From IMG/VR virus record IMGVR_UViG_3300045988_141143: a stretch of 64,000 bases of DNA; one strand, written 5' to 3'. Of this stretch, positions 1-6,525 are shown one piece after another. How positions within the stretch are numbered: position 1 is the stretch's first letter; every line of letters starts with the position of its first letter. Source of the stretch: a virus. Made by a program: the position numbers and the translations under genes. The notes beneath the pieces are model-generated. The model was not told where the DNA came from. It did no database searches and saw only the letters and a list, made by a program, of their open reading frames with translations.

Positions 1-35
1 ACTAAGCATATACTATATACTTTTAATTTTTTATA

Positions 36-43
36 TACTTTTG
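36..43 (+). promoter_or_regulatory. Candidate Bacteroidota-type -7 promoter box TACTTTTG (consensus TAnnTTTG)
   Basis: Exact TAnnTTTG match 27 nt upstream of the ATG at 71. The following leader AATACTAATAT recurs upstream of the gene at 2194. Confidence 0.45.
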
Positions 44-70
44 CAATACAAAATACTAATATTATACGTT

Positions 71-361
71 ATGAATAGGATAAAGCAAATACTAAAAGAA
101 CGCAATATTACGCAAAAGGAGTTCGCCGCCCTGCTTGGTATCTCTCCAGTCGGTTTATACCAGCAAATTAAAAAGCCATCTTATCCCACGTTAGAAAAGT
201 GGGCGGCCGTGCTTAATATTCCGATGTGGCAACTTTTCGCCAGCCCTGAAGAGGTTGCAGCCAACACGCAGCAGGAGGGGCAAGGCGTGCGCCTTGTGTG
301 TCCTCATTGCGGAAAACCTTTGCACATTGATTTAGCCAAGAGCGAAGTGTACCAAAATTAA
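71..361 (+). CDS. XRE/Cro-CI family helix-turn-helix regulator with C-terminal CPHCG motif
   Basis: ORF track 41..361; the ATG at 71 is favoured. HTH segment ITQKEFAALLGISPVGLYQQIK; C-terminal VCPHCGKPL. Confidence 0.7.
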   Translation: MNRIKQILKERNITQKEFAALLGISPVGLYQQIKKPSYPTLEKWAAVLNIPMWQLFASPEEVAANTQQEGQGVRLVCPHCGKPLHIDLAKSEVYQN

Positions 362-366
362 AAAAG

Positions 367-711
367 ATGAAATCATACATTAAAGATATACTAACCGAAA
401 AGGGCATTACACAAAAAGAACTCGCCCAGCGCCTCGACGTTAGACAAGCGACGATTTCCGCCGTAATCTCGCGGCCATCGTTTCCAACCTTGGAGCGCAT
501 CGCCGCCGCCTTGGATGTAGAGCCGTGGCAGCTCCTCGCCCCTCCTGCAGTTGTGGAGGAGGTGAAGCAAGCCAGGGCGCAGCGCGAAAGCGGTGTAGGT
601 GGTGCCCTGGTTGGTGTCGTGCGTGTCGGCGGTGAGATCTACACAGCCGACACCGTGCAACAGCTCCGCGCCATCGTGGAGAGGCTGGAGAGAGAAGAAG
701 CAAAGAAGTAA
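367..711 (+). CDS. XRE-family helix-turn-helix regulator
   Basis: HTH segment GITQKELAQRLDVRQATISAVIS. Starts 5 nt after the previous stop, so probably an operon. Confidence 0.7.
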   Translation: MKSYIKDILTEKGITQKELAQRLDVRQATISAVISRPSFPTLERIAAALDVEPWQLLAPPAVVEEVKQARAQRESGVGGALVGVVRVGGEIYTADTVQQLRAIVERLEREEAKK

Positions 712-796
712 AAAACAAAAAAAATCCCGACAGGGTGCAAACCTTGTCGGGAAAACTTCGGCTAATTTCCTAAGCTGTCAAACAAATAAAACTAAC

Positions 797-1204
797 CTAA
801 AGTATAACGGCCGCCGCCAACTCACGGGCAAAACGGTGCAAAGCGTTTATAATTTTCTCTTTCTGTGCCTGTCGCGGTTTCTTGCGTCCGTGCATATAGG
901 CCCATAGTTGTTTTTGATTTATCCCCGTGATACGCTCCATACCTGCAAGAGATATAAAACTACCGTAATAATACAAAAAGCTTTCGGTATCATACCGCCA
1001 TATAATTGTATATTCGCCAGCCTTCAGAGGTTCGGGCCAGTCCTCGCGCGGCATGTTCTTTTTTATTAACTCGATAGCTCGCACGGTGTCGGCCTTGCAT
1101 GCTTCCACGGTGTCACCAGCCGCCCAAATTCCGGGGCAATTCTCAGAGCATGCGCCGAAACTGTCGGCACTTGCAGAAATAAGCATTATAATTTCGTTTG
1201 CCAT
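797..1204 (-). CDS. hicB: HicB-like antitoxin (N-terminal HicB-type fold plus C-terminal HTH-like segment)
   Basis: CPGIWAAGDTVEACKADTVRAIELI resembles the HicB N-domain. C-terminal ITGINQKQLWAYMHGRKKP is HTH-like. Lies directly downstream of a HicA-like ORF. Confidence 0.55.
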   Translation of the reverse strand: MANEIIMLISASADSFGACSENCPGIWAAGDTVEACKADTVRAIELIKKNMPREDWPEPLKAGEYTIIWRYDTESFLYYYGSFISLAGMERITGINQKQLWAYMHGRKKPRQAQKEKIINALHRFARELAAAVIL

Positions 1205-1233
1205 ATCCTTATATATATTATTTCGTTTGTTAT

Positions 1234-1267
1234 GAAAGAGGAAAGGGGCGCGCCCCTTTCCTCTTTC
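1234..1267. repeat. Perfect 34-bp palindrome (17+17) between hicA-like and hicB-like genes
   Basis: gaaagaggaaaggggcg|cgcccctttcctctttc read directly. No adjacent U-run, so not a canonical intrinsic terminator. Confidence 0.9.
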
Positions 1268-1272
1268 TTCTG

Positions 1273-1451
1273 CTAAATTCCAATCGCTCGCGCTATGCTC
1301 CGCCGTAACGGCTCGGGCACCTCCTTTGCCCCATGAAAGGGGACAGGGGCGAGAGCTTTCCGCCCTTGGTGTAAAAGTAGTGCGAGCCTTCGGCGTGGTC
1401 GAACTTCCAGCCCTTGGCCTTGATTCTTCGGTGAAATTCTGTGTACTTCAT
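1273..1451 (-). pseudogene. hicA: HicA-like mRNA interferase toxin, frame-disrupted as assembled
   Basis: MKYTEFHRRIKAKGWKFDHAEGSHYFYTKGGK in one frame. The family-typical continuation ALAPVPFHGAKEVPEPLRRSIARAIGI* lies in the -1 frame. Span is 179 nt (2 mod 3). The break is near 1353-1364 (GGAAAG). Confidence 0.55.
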
Positions 1452-1481
1452 TGCTTTATATGTTTTATTTGTTTGACGTTG

Positions 1482-1489
1482 CAAAGGTA
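1482..1489 (-). promoter_or_regulatory. Candidate -7 promoter box TACCTTTG for hicA/hicB
   Basis: TAnnTTTG match on the minus strand about 30 nt upstream of the hicA-like ATG (1451). Confidence 0.45.
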
Positions 1490-2160
1490 GTAAAATTTCT
1501 ACCTTTTACCAAATATTTTTGCAATTATTTTTGCTTTCGTCATTATTTTTTTCTTTTCACCTTATTATATAGGCGCACGGCTGCACCTCTGCGCCATCGT
1601 CGAGAGGCTGGAGCAGGGCAGCACACCACCACCGCGGACTACTTCGCCACCGTTCAGGCATCCACAGCAGCCACCGACGAGCAACAGCACACACGACCGC
1701 CACACCCTCGCCCCGTCTGGTATGCCTCACGCCCTGAGCTGCGCACCCTCTCCCCATCCAGGGCGCACCCTCTACCGCCTGAGTGCGTCCGCATATATGA
1801 TAAGTTTTAGCTAAATCGGGTGCACGCAAGGCTCTCCAGTGCGGCGGCGCTCTCGCCTGTGAATCGAAGTTGCAAGGGAAGTTTGCAGGATGCGATTGCT
1901 CTAATTATCAATTATTTAGGTGTTCCTCTTGGGATGGCTTTTACAGGAGTGATTTTTAGTTAAGACATTGATTATTAACTATTTATAGGGGTAAAATAAT
2001 AATTCAGATACAACAAAAAAAATAGATAATATGCCTCTATTTTTACAAAAAAATACAAAAGAAAACTCTGCGAACAGATAAAACTATACTCTTTTGAACA
2101 GAAATAAACGTATATAATAATTATTTTTCAGAAAAACTTGCAAAATACAAATATATGTAT

Positions 2161-2168
2161 TAACTTTG
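2161..2168 (+). promoter_or_regulatory. Candidate -7 promoter box TAACTTTG
   Basis: TAnnTTTG match 25 nt upstream of the ATG at 2194. Its leader AATACTAATAT is shared with the gene at 71. Confidence 0.45.
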
Positions 2169-2193
2169 CAGCCAAAACAATACTAATATAAAC

Positions 2194-2487
2194 ATGAGAA
2201 CGAAAATAGACATTCGTCGCGCCATAAAAGAGCGCGGTTACACCATTACGTCTTTCTGTCAGAAGTTCGACCTAAAGACGCAGAACATCATTCAGAATTA
2301 CATCAAAGGCAACCCTACAATAAAACGTTTGGAAGACCTTTGCGAGAAACTGGATTGCGACATCACTGATTTGTTCTATCCAATAGGCGATTCGAGCGAT
2401 GCACAGTCTACTATCAACACCACCGCTTTATGTCCTCATTGTGGTGCAAAGGTTCGGGTCGGTGTGGTGCTCCTGCCCGAAGAATAA
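2194..2487 (+). CDS. HTH regulator with C-terminal CPHCG motif (paralogous architecture to 71..361)
   Basis: N-terminal HTH-like YTITSFCQKFDLKTQNIIQNYIKG. C-terminal LCPHCGAKV. Confidence 0.6.
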   Translation: MRTKIDIRRAIKERGYTITSFCQKFDLKTQNIIQNYIKGNPTIKRLEDLCEKLDCDITDLFYPIGDSSDAQSTINTTALCPHCGAKVRVGVVLLPEE

Positions 2488-2557
2488 GAAAATCCCACGG
2501 CAAGTCTTTTTGTGCATGCCGTGGGAAATGTTAAGGCTTTTGTGTGCAAGCCAGCCT

Positions 2558-2995
2558 TTAAGACTCCAGCTCGCCGCCAGGTTTCTGACCGCCGCCTTCA
2601 GTGGTGGAGCCGCCGGGCTTCACGCCACCCGTGAGGTCGTTGCCGGCAAGGATGACCTTGAGGTCATCGGTGACGAGGGAGCGCATGTAGCTGTAGGGGT
2701 TGCCGATTTTGTGCTGCGCCTTGTAGGCCTTCATCACGGCGAGGTAAGCCTCCGTGCCCTTGGCCGACGTAGCCGACGGGCGGTTCTGCTTCCACCAAGA
2801 GGAGGCGAACTGCGATTTCTTCGTAAACGAAGATTTCACCGTCTGCTGTTTCTCACTGTTCGGCTGCACGCATCCGTGATAGCCAGCCGAATACATCTTA
2901 CCCGTGCGTTTGTTGACACCAATATAAGTAGTGTCCTTTTTGCACAGTTTGCCACTAATGGAACTAACCAAGTGGCTTGGAACAATCTTTGCCAT
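2558..2995 (-). CDS. Hypothetical protein with glycine-rich C-terminal tail (GGGQKPGGELES) shared with the HU-like protein at 24288..24839
   Basis: ORF track 2558..3001; the ATG at 2995 is favoured. Its C-terminal tail and the 12-nt leader motif GTATTAACGCCC are both shared with the 24.8-kb gene. Confidence 0.5.
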   Translation of the reverse strand: MAKIVPSHLVSSISGKLCKKDTTYIGVNKRTGKMYSAGYHGCVQPNSEKQQTVKSSFTKKSQFASSWWKQNRPSATSAKGTEAYLAVMKAYKAQHKIGNPYSYMRSLVTDDLKVILAGNDLTGGVKPGGSTTEGGGQKPGGELES

Positions 2996-3056
2996 ACGCA
3001 ATAAATTTTTCCGTGAAACATTGTCCCTAAAAAGGGGCGTTAATACACTCAGAGCA

Positions 3057-3089
3057 AGTCTACTGAAAGTCTACTGAAAGTTCACTGAC
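3057..3089. repeat. Three tandem 11-bp direct repeats (AAGTCTACTGA x2, AAGTTCACTGA) in the leader of gene 2558..2995
   Basis: Read directly. One helical turn per unit. Lies between a TACCTTTA-like box (about 3104-3112, minus strand) and the start codon. Confidence 0.8.
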
Positions 3090-3173
3090 GTTGCTCATAG
3101 TGTAAAGGTACGAAAAACGTGCGTGAAACATCGGACATAAAAAATAATTACTAACTAAAATAACAGATTTATT

Positions 3174-3758
3174 ATGAAGAAAATTTTCAGTTTTTTGCTC
3201 ATGTTAGCCATGATGCTTGCCATGGGCGCGAGTGTAGCGAGCTGTAGCAGTAGCAGTGACGATGAAGGTGGAGAAAAAAATCCTCCAGAAGAAGAGTATG
3301 TCGCAAAAGAAAGCAAGTTTTGCGATGCCTTGAGAAAATTCAAGGTATCAGGGTTTGACTACCATCAATACCAATATGTCAGTAAATTCTCGCTGCATAG
3401 CGAGGCTCGCAGTGGAATAGATGCCACCGACCGATGGGAGATTGGAATGTATATAGCAAACGACCCAGGTCTGGATAAGTGGGACGGCACATACCAGTTA
3501 GACCAACTTTGGGGTACGCTCTACGGCTTTGAAAATGGGTACGAGGTGACAAAGGCATATTTAGGTACGGAAGATACTCTCCCAGTGAAAGGAGCATGGA
3601 TAAAATTCACCTACTTGCACAAAAACGACAAATACGGCAACAAGATATACACCATAGAGCTGCATATCGACGAAATGAAGGAGAAAAACGGCGACTACGC
3701 ACGCGACATCAACATCACATATACTGGTTCGATTAGTGGCGGCATGATAGAATATTAA
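3174..3758 (+). CDS. Lipoprotein (signal peptide plus lipobox)
   Basis: MKKIFSFLLMLAMMLAMGASVASCSSSSDDEGG: hydrophobic h-region then the lipobox-like SVASC followed by a Ser/Asp-rich linker. Confidence 0.7.
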   Translation: MKKIFSFLLMLAMMLAMGASVASCSSSSDDEGGEKNPPEEEYVAKESKFCDALRKFKVSGFDYHQYQYVSKFSLHSEARSGIDATDRWEIGMYIANDPGLDKWDGTYQLDQLWGTLYGFENGYEVTKAYLGTEDTLPVKGAWIKFTYLHKNDKYGNKIYTIELHIDEMKEKNGDYARDINITYTGSISGGMIEY

Positions 3759-3869
3759 AGATATATGGGTGAAAGTTTGCATGTTTCGCAAACTTTGCTT
3801 ACCTTTGCAGTGCTATAATGTGACTCGAAGTTTCAAATAGAGAGTCATAATCTAAAATTAAAAGTATGG

Positions 3870-3899
3870 ATCCCTGCTATTCGTGAGAATGGCAGGGAT
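3870..3899. terminator. 13-bp stem hairpin with GUGA tetraloop between convergent genes (possible bidirectional terminator)
   Basis: atccctgctattc gtga gaatggcagggat, with 12 Watson-Crick pairs plus 1 G-U. T-rich sequence follows on both strands. Confidence 0.5.
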
Positions 3900-3994
3900 T
3901 GTTATATGTTTTTTCTTGAAACGACCAAATTTTTTCGTTTCCAATTATTTCCTAAGAAATAAAAGGAAATAAATGGAAACGAGTTCTGCCCCAA

Positions 3995-4276
3995 TCAACA
4001 GAGCACGACAATATGATTCATCTTCAAGATATAAGCAAAGATGAAATAGTTGATGATGCTTCCCAGGATGATGACGAGGGTGTATCGCACAATATCCTCC
4101 CACTCGAACTTTGCCAAATGATAGTGTTTGTATTGATATACCTCTCTACATATCATTACAGGCAAAGCAAGCGGACCTACAAATATACTGACAAACAGCC
4201 AACAGGCGAGACCGATGAGGTCGCGCTTGTTGAGGGTGATGAGGTTTCGGAGAAATGTCTTCATACGCAGAGCCAA
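3995..4276 (-). CDS. Small membrane protein
   Basis: Two hydrophobic segments (LIGLACWLFVSIFVGPLALPVMI, YTLVIILGSIINYFIFAYIL). Overlaps the upstream membrane-protein gene by 16 nt. Confidence 0.5.
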   Translation of the reverse strand: MALRMKTFLRNLITLNKRDLIGLACWLFVSIFVGPLALPVMICREVYQYKHYHLAKFEWEDIVRYTLVIILGSIINYFIFAYILKMNHIVVLC

Positions 4277-4788
4277 TAGGTGAAATATACGTCAATGAAG
4301 CCCGCCATCTCTGCCCAATACCAGGGTTTGTAGAATGATGCCCTGCGGTCGAAGATGTAGAGGCAGAGAAGGTACTCTGCCAGTACGATGAGTGTCATCA
4401 TCCAGCATACGGACAGACTCCAACCTACACATCCTATGGCGGCTACGATGGCTCCTCCCTTATGGACAGGGTAGGCGTCGGCATCGAGATAGTTGGGTGC
4501 CGCACCGACAAAGAGCAGTCCTGCGCAACCTATGAAGGCGAGGCACTGAATGCCCTTGCCCGTGTCGAGCATACATATCATCATGGCGATGGCTGTGAAG
4601 AACATGATAAAGGTGAAGAGAAGTCCATAGTTGTGCTTCGTCTTGTTGCCTATCACCTCGCTGCCCGTGCAGTTTTGCAACTGATAGTAAATGTCGCTTA
4701 TCATGTCGGGTGCTCCGAAGCGCATAAACGACAGAAGAAGGAATCCTCCAAGCAGGAGGAATGAGATAATACTTAATATACACATCAT
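4261..4788 (-). CDS. Multi-pass membrane protein
   Basis: At least five hydrophobic helices by eye, e.g. ILSIISFLLLGGFLLLSF and LLFTFIMFFTAIAMMICML. No recognisable family. Confidence 0.55.
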   Translation of the reverse strand: MMCILSIISFLLLGGFLLLSFMRFGAPDMISDIYYQLQNCTGSEVIGNKTKHNYGLLFTFIMFFTAIAMMICMLDTGKGIQCLAFIGCAGLLFVGAAPNYLDADAYPVHKGGAIVAAIGCVGWSLSVCWMMTLIVLAEYLLCLYIFDRRASFYKPWYWAEMAGFIDVYFTYWLCV

Positions 4789-4880
4789 AATCTTTTTATA
4801 TTAATGGGTTTTGGGAATACTGACCATTTTCGTGAGGTCACGAATATGGTTATCATTTTCCCGGCATCAGGAAAATGATA

Positions 4881-5399
4881 TTATACACTCATCTCAAGCA
4901 TCTTCGGGTAGCCTGCCTTGTAGTCGTAGGCTTCCACCTCCTCGATGGTCGTCAGCTGACTGACTGCTTGCTTATGGCTCGCCGTAACGTTAAAACACTC
5001 GTAAGCATAGTTTTCGATGCTTCGCATGAGTACTTCGGCTTGCGCACATGGCATAGTAAAAGATACACCTTTTAGCCATATAGCGATATTTTCCTCGCCA
5101 AGCGCAAACTTGTCAGCAATATTCTGTCGTAAGTCCATGCGCTTTTCGACGTTAGGAGAATTAGTGTCATCCTTGTTCCATGAAATAAGCATACCGTTTA
5201 AAATAAAGCCGTTTACCTTGTCTGAGGTGTCGTAGGCTGTTATCTCTTCCTCCTTCTTTGAGATGGCATAAGCCAATTCTGCCGCCTTTACTCTTTCATC
5301 GAATTTAGCGTAAGCAGCCTTCACCTCGTCCTCATCGAATAGCGATGTCGGGATGCTACATTCATAACACCGATAAGCTCCTATCTCGCTATCCAACAC
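4881..5399 (-). CDS. Tail-fibre-associated small protein, paralog of 5974..6519 (possible fibre assembly/chaperone type)
   Basis: C-terminal similarity to the paralog: ENYAYECFNVTASHKQAVSQLTTIEEVEAYDYKAGYP versus EVYAKDCYNVTQTHLDKVAELQTIDSLIAYDITAGYP. The frame stays open upstream to an ATG at 5516 except for one in-frame TAA (5463-5465). Confidence 0.5.
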   Translation of the reverse strand: MLDSEIGAYRCYECSIPTSLFDEDEVKAAYAKFDERVKAAELAYAISKKEEEITAYDTSDKVNGFILNGMLISWNKDDTNSPNVEKRMDLRQNIADKFALGEENIAIWLKGVSFTMPCAQAEVLMRSIENYAYECFNVTASHKQAVSQLTTIEEVEAYDYKAGYPKMLEMSV

Positions 5400-5559
5400 C
5401 TCGCCAAGATGGTAGATGGTGATTGTTTCACTCTTGTCTGAACTACCGATTTCATATTTTTTTTAAAACTGGTCAGCAGGAATAATCGTACTGACAAACG
5501 AAATTGTTTTTTTCATAATTTTACCTTTCTTTTAAAGTTACTTTTTATTCTACTCTCTC

Positions 5560-5961
5560 TCAAAGAGGCAAATAGGTCAGCAAGCGTAGACAGGCAGAAA
5601 ACGAGTAGGCGACGGGCTTTCTGTTGGTGCCAATCTGATACGCGCAGTAAACAACAAACGTGGCACTACCCTGCGTTGAAGTCCATCTAATGGTTTTCTT
5701 AACGAAAGTTTCATAGGCTGTGGCAGTGCTTGCATCAAACAATTCCGTCAGAATTTCCTTGATAGTCTCAAGGTTAGCTACATGTACTAATTCCTGTCCT
5801 ATCGACATAATGAAACCACGCTGTTCTTCACCACCTAACGTAAGAATTGTGTTATATGCGTAGTCAAAGGCTGGCAAGGGGAAAGCCTGCGCTTGTCCCT
5901 CCACCATCTTCATCACTGGTATTCGCAGCGTGAAGTCGTTACCTTTAACGATTTTCTTCAT
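5560..5961 (-). CDS. Hypothetical protein
   Basis: 133-aa ORF with an ATG start, tightly packed between the two paralogs. Confidence 0.45.
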   Translation of the reverse strand: MKKIVKGNDFTLRIPVMKMVEGQAQAFPLPAFDYAYNTILTLGGEEQRGFIMSIGQELVHVANLETIKEILTELFDASTATAYETFVKKTIRWTSTQGSATFVVYCAYQIGTNRKPVAYSFSACLRLLTYLPL

Positions 5962-5973
5962 ATAGCTATAAAA

Positions 5974-6519
5974 TTAAATTGTTAGTCGTACTTTTTCGGG
6001 ATAACCTGCCGTAATATCATAAGCTATCAATGAGTCTATCGTCTGTAACTCCGCAACCTTATCAAGATGGGTCTGCGTAACATTGTAGCAGTCTTTGGCG
6101 TAGACCTCTATCTTGCTGATAAGGTCTTGAGCTGTGTCAATAGGCAGGGTATAACACTCACCGTCGAGCCACAGGGTCGTTTCCGTTCTCCCCATTCGTC
6201 TCAGTCGCTCGTTGCCCTGATACACTCTGTCTCTTGTCTCGAAGTCGAGCCAGTGAGCCTCGTCGTTGAGATAAAACGTATTCACCTCTGCGCTCTTATC
6301 GTACTCCGTTATCTGCTCGATGCACTTGATTCTCAGAGCCTCTGTCAGCTGTTCTTCTGTGGGCACCTCATCGGTATTCATACCGAGCAGCACGCAGTCA
6401 TACAGATACTCACCGTCTTCAGTCTTGCGTTCGTTCACAGCAAGACGCACCTCATTATTTTTCCATGTCGCAACCTTCGTTTCCAAAGGCGTAGCATACA
6501 ATTCCTTATATGTTATCAT
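5974..6519 (-). CDS. Tail-fibre-associated small protein, paralog of 4881..5399
   Basis: See paralog. Lies immediately downstream of the 880-aa fibre gene (6-nt gap). Confidence 0.55.
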   Translation of the reverse strand: MITYKELYATPLETKVATWKNNEVRLAVNERKTEDGEYLYDCVLLGMNTDEVPTEEQLTEALRIKCIEQITEYDKSAEVNTFYLNDEAHWLDFETRDRVYQGNERLRRMGRTETTLWLDGECYTLPIDTAQDLISKIEVYAKDCYNVTQTHLDKVAELQTIDSLIAYDITAGYPEKVRLTI

Positions 6520-6525
6520 ATTCGT

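Noticed and set aside
1451-1829. ORFs of 119 aa (+) and 90 aa (-) over the GC-rich island.
   Set aside because: Their composition is Pro/Arg/His/Ala-rich. The region begins with a truncated copy of another gene's 3' end, so it is more consistent with a recombination scar.
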